Notes: a model not told the origin generated them from the letters alone. A stretch of 64,000 nucleotides of DNA from Acidobacteriia bacterium AH_259_A11_L15 (GCA_027717655.1 JALLOH010000002.1:3474-67473), one strand, 5' to 3'; shown: positions 38,426 through 50,520, numbered from the stretch's first letter. Numbers and translations are program-made.

Positions 38426-39570
38426 ATTGCAGCCAATTCATCGCCGAGGACAAGCAACTGGAGCCGATTGCCGAGAAGGTGACGGCGGGCGCGCGGCTGT
38501 CGTTTGAGGAGGGGGTGGCGCTCTACCGCTCGAACGACTTGCTGGCGATCGGCTGGCTGGCCAACCAGGTCCGCGAGCAGAAACACGGCAACGTCTGCTA
38601 CTACAACATCAACCGGCATATCAACCCGACGAACACCTGCGTGGCGCATTGTCGCTTGTGCGCTTTCGGGCGCGATGCCGAGGCTCCCGGCGCTTACACC
38701 ATGGCGCTGGAGGAGGTCTTTGGCACGGCGGCGAGCGGTTACAGCGAAGCGGTTACTGAGTTCCACATCGTGGGCGGGCTGCACCCCGACCTGCCCTTCC
38801 AGTACTACCTCGATCTGCTCCGCGGCCTGAAGGAGCGCTTCCCCCAGGTCCACCTGAAAGCCTTCACCATGGTCGAGATCGGCTACTTCGCCCGCATTAC
38901 CAAGATGTCGACCCGTGATGTGTTGCTGAAGCTAAGGGAAGCCGGGCTGGGCTCGCTGCCGGGCGGCGGAGCGGAGATTTTTCATCCCCGGGTGCGCAAG
39001 ATCATCTGCGACCACAAGATCTCCGGGATGATGTGGCTGCAAACGGCGCGCACGGCGCACGAGCTGGGCCTGCGCTCGAACGCCACCATGCTCTACGGCC
39101 ACATCGAGACAGAGGAAGAACGGGTCGACCACCTGTTGAAGCTGCGCTCGCTGCAGGACGAGACCCGCGGGTTCGTCTGCTTCATCCCCCTGGCCTTCCA
39201 CCCGGAGAACACCGCCCTGAGCCACCTGCCCAAGACCACGGGCTTCCTCGACCTCAAAAACATCGCCATCAGCCGCCTGCTGCTCGACAACTTCCCCCAC
39301 GTCAAGGCTTACTGGATCATGCTCACCCCGGCCATCGCCCAGGTGGCGCTGCGCTTCGGCGCTGACGACCTCGACGGCACCGTGGTCGAGGAGAAGATCT
39401 ACCACGACGCCGGGGCGAAGACCGCGCAGGCGATGCGCCGCTCGGAGTTGATCCGCCTGATTCGCGAGGCCGGGCGCGACCCCCTCGAGCGCGACACCCT
39501 CTACCGCCCCGTGCAGCGCACGCCCACGGGCGAGCCCCGCCTCGACACCACCCTCAGCGTCAACGTCTAG
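38422..39570 (+). CDS. mqnE: Aminofutalosine synthase (radical SAM)
   Basis: NRHINPTNTCVAHCRLCAF, HIVGGLHP, LPGGGAEIF, NATMLYGHIET, HVKAYW. Confidence 0.93.
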   Translation: MNCSQFIAEDKQLEPIAEKVTAGARLSFEEGVALYRSNDLLAIGWLANQVREQKHGNVCYYNINRHINPTNTCVAHCRLCAFGRDAEAPGAYTMALEEVFGTAASGYSEAVTEFHIVGGLHPDLPFQYYLDLLRGLKERFPQVHLKAFTMVEIGYFARITKMSTRDVLLKLREAGLGSLPGGGAEIFHPRVRKIICDHKISGMMWLQTARTAHELGLRSNATMLYGHIETEEERVDHLLKLRSLQDETRGFVCFIPLAFHPENTALSHLPKTTGFLDLKNIAISRLLLDNFPHVKAYWIMLTPAIAQVALRFGADDLDGTVVEEKIYHDAGAKTAQAMRRSELIRLIREAGRDPLERDTLYRPVQRTPTGEPRLDTTLSVNV

Positions 39571-39632
39571 CCCGCCGCTCAGCCAGCGGCCGGTTGCCCG
39601 CGGGGTTATACTAGGGACAAGCCTGGCGTGAT

Positions 39633-41522
39633 ATGAAGGGCCGATTCGCACCGCTCTCTCTGCTTTTGCTGGCGGGGGTCGTGGGGCTCTCGCACGCGGC
39701 CAAGCCCGCCCAGTGGGTGGAAGTGCGCTCGAAGCACTTCCACGTGGTCAGCGACGCCAAGCCCAAGAAGGTACGGCAGTTCACGGAAAAACTGGAAAGG
39801 TACCGCCATCTGCTGACGTTGATGTTTCCCGGCCTACGCTATGATTCGCCGGCCCCCACTCGGGTGTTCCTATTCAAAAACGACGAGAGCTACAAACCGT
39901 ACGAGCCGCTCACGCCGGACGGCAAGCCGATGGACATGGCGGGATTCATGCAACCCGGGCCGGAGCGGATGTACGTGGTGGTAAACCTGAGCGAATACGA
40001 ATCGGAGTACGTGCTTTTCCATGAGTACGTTCACGTGGTGATGCGGCGGACGTTCCAGGACGTGCCCGTCTGGCTGAACGAAGGGCTGGCGGAGTTCTTT
40101 GAGCAGACGACCCTGAAACGTGACGGCCGATTCGTGCTCGGCCAGTGGCAGCGGCAGTACTGGAACCTGCTCAAGCGCTACGACTTGATTCCTCTGGACG
40201 TACTGCTGGCAGTGCACCGGCAATCGGAGCACTACCTCCCCGGTCAGAAGCGGAAGCTTTTTTACGCGCAGTCCTGGCTGCTGGTGCACTACTTGATGGT
40301 GGCCGATGAAGGGAAGCGCCAGGGGCAACTGAACCGGTTCGTGCAGTTGCTGCTACAGGGCATCCCCCAAGAGACCTCCTTTCGCCAAGCCTTCGGCACC
40401 GATTACCCGGGGATGCACCGGCAGTTGCGCGACTACTTGATGCGCCGTAGCCTGACCCGGTACGAAGGTAAGGTGACCAACCCGCTGGCACTGGAACTGG
40501 TGGAACCGACACCGATTCCGGAGCGGGTGGCGCGGGCCTACGCAACCGACCTATGGCTGAACACCCAACGGGTCGAAGAGGCCGAGCAAGCGCTGCAGCA
40601 ACTGGCGGCCTCGGAGCCGGCACCCCCCGAGGTGCTTTTCCGGCTGGGACGGCTGGCCCTGCTCCGCGGCCAGATGGAAGAAGCCGAGAAGCATTTCCTG
40701 GGGGCGCTCGAAAGCGATCCGGATGACCTCAGCCTGCGATACTACGCGGCGCAAGCCGTGAGCCGCGGCCGGCTGGTCTGGGCCTCCGGCGAAGAGAAAA
40801 ATCGAGCCGCCGCTCAGATTCTCGAGCTGCTCTCGCCCATCCTGAAAGAACCAGAAAAATTCCCTGACGCCTACCGTTTGGTCGTGGAAACGCGCCTAGC
40901 TCGCAACGACCCGCCGGCAGAAATGATTGCCGTGCTGGAGCAAGCCCGGCGCATCCCGTCCCTGCGCGGCGTGTTCAACCTGTTGCTGGCCGATTACTAC
41001 ATCCGCGAGAAGCGCTGGGGCGAAGCAGAGGCGCTCCTCCGAGAGGTTGCCAGGGAATCGGACCACGCATACGAGCGGGAGCAGGCGGAAGAATGGTTGC
41101 GGGAAGTCCGGGCGGCCCGCGAAGGCCGTCCGCTTCCAGCCGGTGGTGCTTCCGGCGGCGATGAAACATTGCCCGAGCCTGTCGCCCGGGTGCATCGCCC
41201 GGTGGAGCCGCAACCGACGCCCCAGCCGGGCTCGCCGCCCAAGGTCGGTTACGCCCGGGGGACGTTGGTGAACGTCGCCTGTGCTTCCGACGACTCCGCC
41301 GTGGCGACAGTGACGACAGAGACGGAAGAGGGGGCCCAGCCGGAGACCATCCACCTAGCCGTGCGTTCACTCTCGCGAGTTCTCCTGCTGGACCCAACCG
41401 AGAGTGGGGAGAAGCTGGAGTGCGGACCATCCGGCCTACCGGTAGGCATCAACTATCGGGTCGAGCCGCAGGGCCCGAACGTAGCCGGGGTGGTGATGAC
41501 GATTGAGCTCTACCCGCCGTAG
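39633..41522 (+). CDS. Secreted gluzincin-like (DUF1570-type) domain plus TPR protein
   Basis: FHEYVH...PVWLNEGLAEF, FYAQSWLLVHYL; TPR helices. Confidence 0.85.
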   Translation: MKGRFAPLSLLLLAGVVGLSHAAKPAQWVEVRSKHFHVVSDAKPKKVRQFTEKLERYRHLLTLMFPGLRYDSPAPTRVFLFKNDESYKPYEPLTPDGKPMDMAGFMQPGPERMYVVVNLSEYESEYVLFHEYVHVVMRRTFQDVPVWLNEGLAEFFEQTTLKRDGRFVLGQWQRQYWNLLKRYDLIPLDVLLAVHRQSEHYLPGQKRKLFYAQSWLLVHYLMVADEGKRQGQLNRFVQLLLQGIPQETSFRQAFGTDYPGMHRQLRDYLMRRSLTRYEGKVTNPLALELVEPTPIPERVARAYATDLWLNTQRVEEAEQALQQLAASEPAPPEVLFRLGRLALLRGQMEEAEKHFLGALESDPDDLSLRYYAAQAVSRGRLVWASGEEKNRAAAQILELLSPILKEPEKFPDAYRLVVETRLARNDPPAEMIAVLEQARRIPSLRGVFNLLLADYYIREKRWGEAEALLREVARESDHAYEREQAEEWLREVRAAREGRPLPAGGASGGDETLPEPVARVHRPVEPQPTPQPGSPPKVGYARGTLVNVACASDDSAVATVTTETEEGAQPETIHLAVRSLSRVLLLDPTESGEKLECGPSGLPVGINYRVEPQGPNVAGVVMTIELYPP

Positions 41523-42807
41523 CCCTAGCCCGTTTCCAGCCGCCCCACACCAGCAGCGCGTACACCGGGAAGTATTCCAGCCAGACAAGCCAGGGCTGGT
41601 ATTCCCACCGGCCGCCAGCCGTATAGCCGATCAGGGCGTGGTAGCTGAGCAGCACGGTGGCGGTGAAGAGCAGGAAGCCGGGATTGGGGAAGAAGCAGAG
41701 AAAAGGCACCAGCCAGGTGACGTACCAGGGAAAGACGCTGGGCGAGAGCAGCAGCACCGCCCCCACGAGTAGATACGAAGCCCGCAGCGGCTCCATCCGC
41801 TTCACCGCGCAGTAGACGGCCAACCCGGCCACCACCCCCAACCCGACGCCCGCCGCGATGGTTTCTTGTTTGGTGGCGGCCAAGAGGAGGGCATAGAGGC
41901 TCTCGTTGTTGCGCCATTTTTCCGCATAAGCGAAAAAACCGCTCCCGAGCCCCCAGCCGGCTTCCCGGTACGGCAGCAGAAGTGCTCCCGCGGCCGCCAG
42001 GAAGGCCGGAAGGCCCCACCACCGGCCCCGCCACCAAAACACGGGGGCCGCCACCGCCGCGAACCACTTGCTGAGGGCCGCGGCCGCCAGGGCCAGATTT
42101 GACATCACCGGCCGCTCTCGTATAATCAGGGCATTCGCTAGTAGGAAAAAGAAGAGCGCGATCGAGTCGTTGTGCCCGCTGGCAGCGAATTCGACGACGA
42201 CCAGCGGGCACCAGCCATAAAGGAGGGCGCGAGCCGGCGGTTCCCGCCGCACCGACAAGAGTCCCACGACCAGGAGGAGCGTCGCCAAGTCGAAGGCGAC
42301 GCTCAAGAGTTTGAACCCGGCCAGGCCATCCAGCCGGGCAGTGAGTCGAAAGAGCAACTCGGTCAGGGGCCCGTAGGCGGTGGGAAACGCCGCCCCGGGG
42401 AGGTCCTGGGGCTCGGGGCGGTCAGGCAACTCCGGCAAATCGCCGGCCAGGCTGTCGGGAGTGACGAGATAGGGGTTCTGGCCGGCCAGTTGGATTTCGC
42501 CCTCCCAGACGTACCGGTAAAAGTCGTCCGAAAGAGTCGGGGGAAGAGGGAACAAGGTGGCGCGAAAAACCACGGCGGCCAGCAGCACCACCACCAGGGA
42601 GGCGGGTGTGGTTTTCCGCCAGGAACACACCAGCCAGGCGGCCACGAAATAGACCACGCTGGCCGCCAGCGCGATCACCAGAGCGCCGATGAGGTTTTCA
42701 TCCAGCGGATTCAGCCGGCGCAGCAGGAGAAAGGCAGCTTGCAGTAACCCGGCCAGCACCGCCAAGGCCAGGGGTTGGGGGAGCCGGTCGAGGAACGGAA
42801 CTTTCAT
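41449..42807 (-). CDS. GT-C fold membrane glycosyltransferase (GT87/DUF2029-like)
   Basis: SDDFYRYVWEG, NPY, YGP, SGHND, PWY; multiple transmembrane helices. Confidence 0.85.
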   Translation of the reverse strand: MKVPFLDRLPQPLALAVLAGLLQAAFLLLRRLNPLDENLIGALVIALAASVVYFVAAWLVCSWRKTTPASLVVVLLAAVVFRATLFPLPPTLSDDFYRYVWEGEIQLAGQNPYLVTPDSLAGDLPELPDRPEPQDLPGAAFPTAYGPLTELLFRLTARLDGLAGFKLLSVAFDLATLLLVVGLLSVRREPPARALLYGWCPLVVVEFAASGHNDSIALFFFLLANALIIRERPVMSNLALAAAALSKWFAAVAAPVFWWRGRWWGLPAFLAAAGALLLPYREAGWGLGSGFFAYAEKWRNNESLYALLLAATKQETIAAGVGLGVVAGLAVYCAVKRMEPLRASYLLVGAVLLLSPSVFPWYVTWLVPFLCFFPNPGFLLFTATVLLSYHALIGYTAGGRWEYQPWLVWLEYFPVYALLVWGGWKRARATAGRAQSSSPPRLRSGPAARPDS

Positions 42808-42837
42808 GGTCGCAAGAAGGATCTAGGTCGCTAGACG

Positions 42838-44451
42838 ATGCCGACGCTGATCGCGGCAGGGGTTCTGAACCCGGTGGAGCGCTACCTGCGCTTCCTGGTG
42901 GCCGACGATCCTTTCCGCGGGCTGTACAACCTGAACGCTTTCGACCTGCTGTTGCTGGTGCCCTATTTCGCGGTCCTGATCACTCTCAGCTTCTACGGCC
43001 TGCACCGCTATCGTCTCATCTACCTCTACAAGAAGCACCGGCGGCGGCGGCCGCCGCCAGAGCCCGCGGCGCCCTTCGTCTCCGCTCCGGGCAAGCCGGC
43101 GGAGTGGCCGCAGGTTACCATACAGCTACCGATCTACAACGAGAAGTACGTGGTCGAGCGCCTGATCGACACGGTGGCTCAGATTGACTACCCGCGCGAG
43201 CGGCTGGAAATCCAGGTGCTCGACGATTCGACCGACGACACCGTCCAGGTCGCCCGCGCCTCGGTGGAGCGCCACGCCGCTCGGGGCCTGCCCATCCGCC
43301 ACCTCCGTCGCACTCACCGGACCGGCTACAAGGCGGGTGCGCTGGCCGAGGGCTTGCAGCAGGCCCGCGGCCAGTTCGTCGCCATCTTCGACGCCGACTT
43401 CCTGCCCCCGGCCGACTTCCTGCGGCGCACCGTGCCGCACTTCACCGATCCCACCCTGGCGATGGTGCAGACGCGCTGGACCTACGTGAACCGCCATTAC
43501 TCGCTGCTCACCGAGGTCCAGGCCATCCTGCTCGACGCCCACTTCGTGCTCGAGCACGGCGGCCGCTGGCGCGCCGGGTTATTCTTCAACTTCAACGGCA
43601 CCGCCGGCATCTGGCGGCGCCAAGCCATCGAAGACGCCGGCGGCTGGCAGCACGACACCCTGACCGAGGACACCGACCTCAGTTACCGGGCGCAACTGAA
43701 GGGCTGGAAGTTCCTCTACCTGCCCGACGTCGAGTGCCCCTCGGAACTGCCGGTTGACATCAACGCCTTCAAAACCCAGCAGGCGCGCTGGGCCAAGGGC
43801 CTGATGCAGACGGCGAAAAAGATCCTGCCCCGCGTCTTGCGGGCGCGCTTGCCCTGGCGGATCAAGCTCGAAGCCGTCTACCACCTGACCGGCTGCGTCT
43901 GCTATCCCCTGATGGTGGCGCTGTCCGTGCTGCTGCTGCCGGCGATGATCGTGCGCCTTTACGGCGGCTGGTGGCAGGTGCTCTGGATCGACCTGCCGCT
44001 GTTCCTGGCCGCCACCTGTTCGGTTTCGAGCTTCTACCTGGTGGCCCAGAAGGAGCTCGACCCGCGCGGCTGGAAGCGGGCCTTCCTTTTCCTGCCCATC
44101 CTAATGGCCGTCGGCATCGGGTTGGCGTTGCGCAACGCCCGCGCCGTGCTGGAAGCCATCTGGGGGGTGGAGTCGGCCTTCGTGCGCACGCCCAAGTACC
44201 GCATCGAGACCGCCCGCCAGCCCTGGTATTCGAAGGTCTACCGCTCGGCCGAGCGCAACTGGCTGCCCTGGGTGGAGCTGAGCCTGGGCGCCTACTTCGT
44301 CTGGGCCACTCTCTATGCTTTCGGAAACGAGAACTACGCCACCGTGCCCTTCCTTTGTCTGTTCCTCTACGGCTACCTCTACACCGGCTTTCTCTCGCTG
44401 ACCCAACCCTTCTGGGACCGGCTGGCCTCGCTGGCCGGCTTGCGGTCATAA
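42838..44451 (+). CDS. Processive GT2 glycosyltransferase (cellulose synthase-like)
   Basis: DDSTD, KAGAL, FDADF, TEDTD, QQARW. Confidence 0.93.
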   Translation: MPTLIAAGVLNPVERYLRFLVADDPFRGLYNLNAFDLLLLVPYFAVLITLSFYGLHRYRLIYLYKKHRRRRPPPEPAAPFVSAPGKPAEWPQVTIQLPIYNEKYVVERLIDTVAQIDYPRERLEIQVLDDSTDDTVQVARASVERHAARGLPIRHLRRTHRTGYKAGALAEGLQQARGQFVAIFDADFLPPADFLRRTVPHFTDPTLAMVQTRWTYVNRHYSLLTEVQAILLDAHFVLEHGGRWRAGLFFNFNGTAGIWRRQAIEDAGGWQHDTLTEDTDLSYRAQLKGWKFLYLPDVECPSELPVDINAFKTQQARWAKGLMQTAKKILPRVLRARLPWRIKLEAVYHLTGCVCYPLMVALSVLLLPAMIVRLYGGWWQVLWIDLPLFLAATCSVSSFYLVAQKELDPRGWKRAFLFLPILMAVGIGLALRNARAVLEAIWGVESAFVRTPKYRIETARQPWYSKVYRSAERNWLPWVELSLGAYFVWATLYAFGNENYATVPFLCLFLYGYLYTGFLSLTQPFWDRLASLAGLRS

Positions 44452-44585
44452 GGCCGCTCAGTGTAGTTTTCTTCCTGTCTCTGAGCGCTCTGCGTTCTCT
44501 GCAGCAGGAAAGCTAACCGCAGAGGCTCCCTTCGGCTGCGCTCAGGACAGGCAGAGGACGCAGAGAAAAACTTTGAGGACAACCT

Positions 44586-46310
44586 GTGACGAGAAAACAA
44601 CCGGGGGCAGTGCTGCTGGGTTTTCTGCTTGCGATCCTGCTGCCGGGAGCGGCGCGCGAAAAGGAGCCGGTGGATGAATATGCCGGCCGGCGGGACCGCT
44701 TGCTCGAACGAGTGAACGCTCCGGTGGTCCTCTTCGGCCATGGCGGCCGGGAGAACACCGCGCCCGACGCCACCTTCTGGCAGGAGCCGAACTTCTACTA
44801 TCTGACCGGCCACGACGAGCCCGGGGCGGCGTTGCTGCTCGTCCCCCAGACCGAGGAAGCAAAAGCCGCCGGGCTGCCCGGAGAAATCCTCTTTTTGCCG
44901 CCGCGGGACAAGGCCCGCGAGCGCTGGGCAGGCGTCAAGCTCGGCCCCGCTGACCCTGCCGCGCCCGCGCAGACGGGTTTCGCGGTCGTCAAGCCCGCGG
45001 GCGCGCTGCGGGGCGAGTTGGAGCAGGTGCTAGAGATTTTCCCCGCCGTCTATACGCTGTTTCCCTTGCCCACGCCCGAGAACGGCCCGGCGGGGGAGCT
45101 CAGCCACGCCGGGCGCTGGTACGACTGGCTGCGGGCGGTGGCTCCGCTGACCGAGTTCCGCGACGTCCGCAGCGTTCTGGGCGGGATGCGCCAGGTGAAG
45201 TCCGAGAGCGAGCTCACCCTGCTGCGCTTCTCCATCGAGCAGTCCATGGAGGCGCACCGGGCGGCAATGGGGGCGCTGCGTCCGGGAATGTATGAGTATG
45301 AACTCGCCGCCCTGATGGAGCGCAGCTTCGCGGGAGCGGGCTGCGAGCGCCCCGGCTACCCGCCCATTGTGGGCTCCGGATTCAACTCCACCGTGCTCCA
45401 CTATGACGCCAACCGTCGGAAAATGCCGGCCGGCGACCTGGTGGTGATCGACGTGGCCGGCGAGTGCAACGGCTACACGGCCGACATCACCCGCACGCTG
45501 CCGGTGAGTGGGAAGTTCACCGAGCGCCAGCGGGAAATCTACCAGATTGTGCTGGCGGCGCAGAACGCCGCCCTCGAAGCCGTGCGGCCCGGCATGACCC
45601 TTGCCCGCACCGGCGAGAACTCGCTCTACCGCATCGCCTACGACTACATCAACTCCCACGGCACCGACCAGGACGGCGAGCCCCTGGGGCCGTACTTCAT
45701 CCACGGGCTCGGCCACCACATCGGCCTGGAGGTGCACGACGCCGGGCCGCGCGGCCGGCCGCTGAAGCCGGGGATGATCTTCACCATCGAGCCCGGCATC
45801 TACCTCCCGGAGGAAAGCCTGGGGGTGCGCATCGAGGACATCGTGCTGGTGACCGAGGACGGCTACGAGCTGCTGACGGCCGCCTTACCGCGGACGGTGG
45901 AGAAAATCGAAGAGCTGATGAGCTGCAACCAGCCAAATCTCGCCAACCCTGTCATCGAGATCACACGCGCGGAGCAGGAAATAGTTCTCGGCCAGGAGAT
46001 CGTCCGCTATTGGTTAACCGTTTCTAACTGGTCCGAGTTTCCGGACGAGCTCTTTGAGCCTTCCCCCGACCTTCCTCCCTGCGGGGGGAACAACAATGCC
46101 GCCCGAACCTGGGTAGACATCTACGCGGAAGATGGAAAGCGTGTCTATCGATTTTGTGCCCTTGACTCCGCCGCAGGCCTGACACGCCTTTGGTTTGCTG
46201 TGCAGAAGGACGAGCTTCCCCCGGAACGCGTATACATAACCTTGAGGGATCGCCGCTGCCAGAAGACCTATAAGTCGAACCTGGCGAGCACAGCAGTCGA
46301 TATCGAATAA
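44586..46310 (+). CDS. Secreted Xaa-Pro aminopeptidase (M24B) with extra C-terminal domain
   Basis: NFYYLTG, ADITRT, HGLGHHIGLEVHD, TIEPGIY, RIEDIV; about 130 aa extension. Confidence 0.9.
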   Translation: MTRKQPGAVLLGFLLAILLPGAAREKEPVDEYAGRRDRLLERVNAPVVLFGHGGRENTAPDATFWQEPNFYYLTGHDEPGAALLLVPQTEEAKAAGLPGEILFLPPRDKARERWAGVKLGPADPAAPAQTGFAVVKPAGALRGELEQVLEIFPAVYTLFPLPTPENGPAGELSHAGRWYDWLRAVAPLTEFRDVRSVLGGMRQVKSESELTLLRFSIEQSMEAHRAAMGALRPGMYEYELAALMERSFAGAGCERPGYPPIVGSGFNSTVLHYDANRRKMPAGDLVVIDVAGECNGYTADITRTLPVSGKFTERQREIYQIVLAAQNAALEAVRPGMTLARTGENSLYRIAYDYINSHGTDQDGEPLGPYFIHGLGHHIGLEVHDAGPRGRPLKPGMIFTIEPGIYLPEESLGVRIEDIVLVTEDGYELLTAALPRTVEKIEELMSCNQPNLANPVIEITRAEQEIVLGQEIVRYWLTVSNWSEFPDELFEPSPDLPPCGGNNNAARTWVDIYAEDGKRVYRFCALDSAAGLTRLWFAVQKDELPPERVYITLRDRRCQKTYKSNLASTAVDIE

Positions 46311-46329
46311 ACCCGGTTCTTCCGTCACG

Positions 46330-46578
46330 TTTGCGGGGTAGCCTTTGACCGCAATCAAACGTTGGCTCCCAGCGGCGTCCTTCGGCTTCACTTCCCTCGA
46401 CGCGGCTCGGGACAGGCAGGACGAGGGGGCCGCAGGGTTGAACAGAGAAGAAAGAAACCGCACGGGGCGCCTGTTCGACAGCTACCATCCCAGCCAGCAA
46501 GACACCCAGACGGGCCGGCTCACCCCGGCGATGATCAAGCGGGTCCTGCGGGACGTGGGAAAATACCTGGACGATTAG
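46330..46578 (+). pseudogene. C-terminal remnant of a family-5 uracil-DNA glycosylase
   Basis: SYHPSQQDTQTGRLTPAM matches the UdgB motif SYHPSQQNTxTGRLT; upstream part broken by a nested repeat at 46378-46425. Confidence 0.7.
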
Positions 46579-46607
46579 GAAACCTGTGTCGGGGAAAAAA
46601 GCAGTGG

Positions 46608-47522
46608 TCAGCCCATCCGCTTGAGAATCAGGAGAACCAGGTAAGCATCCTCGCCCCCCTGCGAACTGCGCAGCTCCAACGCAATCACGAACCGGTCCGT
46701 AGCCGAAGGCGTAAACACGACAATCGGATAGGAATCCGGCTCCACGTCTTCGCACTTCGCGCAGGCCAGGCCCCCGGAAGGGGTCCGCACGAACAGGTTG
46801 CTGTCCAGAACGTCTTTGTCGCCCCCGGCCAGGAAAACATAACTGATGTCGCCCGACAGCGAAATTTCCTGGCTCATGGTATCGCCCTGTTCATACAGCC
46901 CCCCGTACACGGCGAAGCCGTTGCGAGTGAAATCCAGCTCTTCGATCTCGGCACTGATCAAACGCATATTTTTGAGCGCGTCTTCCAGCGCCTGATCCAT
47001 CCAATCGGCGGGCGAGGCCTGGGCGACGGCGCCCGTCGCCGGAATCCGTTTGAGGATCAACAAGACCAGGTAGGAATCCCGCCCTTCCTGGGACTGGAAG
47101 AGCTGTAGGTCAATCACGAAGCGGCCAGTCTCCTGAGGGCTGAAGAAAATAATCGGAGTCGAGTCCTCCTGCGTATCCTTGCACTTCGGACAGGCCAGGT
47201 CTCCAGCCAGAGTTCGCACAAAGATGTCGGTGTCGATGACGCTGGGATCGCCCCCGCCCAAGAACAGGTAGTCCACCCCGCCGGACAGGGTGACTTCCTG
47301 GGTCATGTTGTCGCCCTGTTCAAACACTCCCCCGTACAGGGCGAAGCCGTTCCGGGAGAAATCCACCCTCTCCTCCGGAGCCACGGTCTCGTAGACCTGC
47401 ATTTTCTTGAGTGCGTTCTCCAGCGCCGCGTCCATCCAATCCGCGGGCGTGCCTTGGGCATGAGCAGCGGGCGGGGACAGAATAAGGACGCCCAGGCCAA
47501 ACCAAAGAACCATTTTTTTCAT
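46608..47522 (-). CDS. Secreted protein made of two tandem homologous domains
   Basis: Signal peptide; PADWMDxALExALK...DFxRNGFAxYGG...GGD...CxxC...YLVLLILKR occurs twice. Confidence 0.82.
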   Translation of the reverse strand: MKKMVLWFGLGVLILSPPAAHAQGTPADWMDAALENALKKMQVYETVAPEERVDFSRNGFALYGGVFEQGDNMTQEVTLSGGVDYLFLGGGDPSVIDTDIFVRTLAGDLACPKCKDTQEDSTPIIFFSPQETGRFVIDLQLFQSQEGRDSYLVLLILKRIPATGAVAQASPADWMDQALEDALKNMRLISAEIEELDFTRNGFAVYGGLYEQGDTMSQEISLSGDISYVFLAGGDKDVLDSNLFVRTPSGGLACAKCEDVEPDSYPIVVFTPSATDRFVIALELRSSQGGEDAYLVLLILKRMG

Positions 47523-47650
47523 GTCGCTACTCCTCGCCCGGCGGTGCGAAGCCGTGGCCGTCGGCCGCTTCGGGGGCATGCGAGCGGCCTTGCCTCGGCC
47601 GCCAAAACACTATCAGCCCCATGAATAATAACCCACCGCCGATTGTTGTG

Positions 47651-47679
47651 ATGCTAATTCCCAAGATACGGGTTGTCAA
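47651..47679 (-). promoter_or_regulatory. Putative sigma70 promoter
   Basis: TTGACA-17 nt-TAGCAT on the minus strand. Confidence 0.5.
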
Positions 47680-47724
47680 GGGAAAGGTCAGGCCGGTACG
47701 GCCTTGCCGGGTAAGCCCGCTCCC

Positions 47725-47888
47725 GGCGCTGGGTAGTGGGTCAGTTTGGTTGTAGCGGCGGTCTATGACCGCCGAAGCTGCGTTTTTAACGGGCACCGGC
47801 GCTCCCAGAGCGCCGCTACAGCAACCCGTCCCACTACCGAATGGCTTTCAATGGGAATCTAATTCAATCTGACCCACTACCCGGCGCT
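47725..47888. repeat. REPIN-like composite: GGTAGTGGGTCAG ends enclosing a TGTAGCGGCG...CGCCGCTACA pair
   Basis: Inverted GTAG-tagged units visible. Confidence 0.75.
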
Positions 47889-47962
47889 GGCCGCACCCCA
47901 GAAGTGTGGGGCCGGTGTGCTATACTGGGTTGTCAAGAACACTTCATCGAGGCTGGCAAGCG

Positions 47963-48529
47963 ATGGCCACAGTCCAAGCCACCAAGCTCCGTCCCAGGAT
48001 GGTGATTCAATTGGACGGGGACCTCTACTCCATTTTCAGCCTCAACCACCGCACGCCCGGCAACAAGCGCGGGTTTGTGCGGGCGAAGCTGCGCGACCTG
48101 AACAGCGGAGCCATGATCGAGCACCGGTTCAGCTCGGAAGATTTCGTCGAGCGCGCCTACCTGGACGAAAAAGAGGTAGAATTCCTGTACCGGGAAGGCG
48201 ACGTTTTCACCTTTATGGATACCAGCACCTACGAGCAGTACCCCTTGAACCGGGAGGCTCTGGGGAGCACCGTCGGCTACCTCACCCCCAACGGCCGGTT
48301 GCAGGTGACGTTCTTCCAGGGCAAGCCGCTGGGCATCGAGCTGCCCGCTTCGGTGGAGTTGAAGGTGGTGGAGACCGAGCCGGGCATCAAGGGCGCCTCG
48401 GCCACCAACGTCACCAAGCCGGCCAAGCTCGAGACCGGCCTCACCGTGCAGGTTCCGCCCTTCGTGAATGAGGGCGAAGTGATCCGTGTGGATACGGCCG
48501 AAGGCACTTACCTGGAACGGGTGCGCTAA
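47963..48529 (+). CDS. efp: Elongation factor P (PGN-loop variant)
   Basis: FLY.EG...FMD..TYEQ, KPAKLETG..VQVPPFV..GE.I.VDT. Confidence 0.95.
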   Translation: MATVQATKLRPRMVIQLDGDLYSIFSLNHRTPGNKRGFVRAKLRDLNSGAMIEHRFSSEDFVERAYLDEKEVEFLYREGDVFTFMDTSTYEQYPLNREALGSTVGYLTPNGRLQVTFFQGKPLGIELPASVELKVVETEPGIKGASATNVTKPAKLETGLTVQVPPFVNEGEVIRVDTAEGTYLERVR

Positions 48530-48607
48530 AGCTTTCCCGGCGAAAAGGCGGCGCGGGCGGATGGGAGCGGCTGCGCCGGAGAAACCCTGCTTCCCCCGGA
48601 GGTTCCC

Positions 48608-48948
48608 TTGACCCCAACCTCGGAACGGCGTGAGCACTCGCGAATCACGGTGAACGAGCGCCTGGAATTTCTCAGTGGAGAAATCCGCGGGCATGGCCGG
48701 CTGACCGATCTCAGCCTGGGCGGGCTAGCGCTGGAGTCGCCCGACCCCCCGCTGGGAAGGGGAACGCGAGCCCGGGTCAGCTTCATGATCGGCGGTCAAA
48801 AGGTGGAGACGGAGGCCGTCGTCACTCGCGATGATCCCGGCGGGAAGATGGGGATGCAATTCGTGCAGATGGCACCCCACGAGCGCTTCGGGCTGGACGA
48901 GTACCTGCGCTACCGCCGGGGAGAAGGGGGAGCGGACAAAGGAGCGCT

Positions 48949-48952
<4 letters not shown>
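48608..48952 (+). CDS. PilZ domain protein
   Basis: ERREHSR (RxxxR), DLSLGG (DxSxxG), GMQF. Confidence 0.85.
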
Positions 48953-50415
<1,463 letters not shown>

Positions 50416-50520
50416 GAGAACCGCGTGGTATTGCACCACAGCGACTGCGCAGGGTCAACTTGGCGCCGGCCCGGTCTGCCCTGCCTTCCACAGGCAGGCG
50501 ACAGGCAGGGGCAGGCAGGG

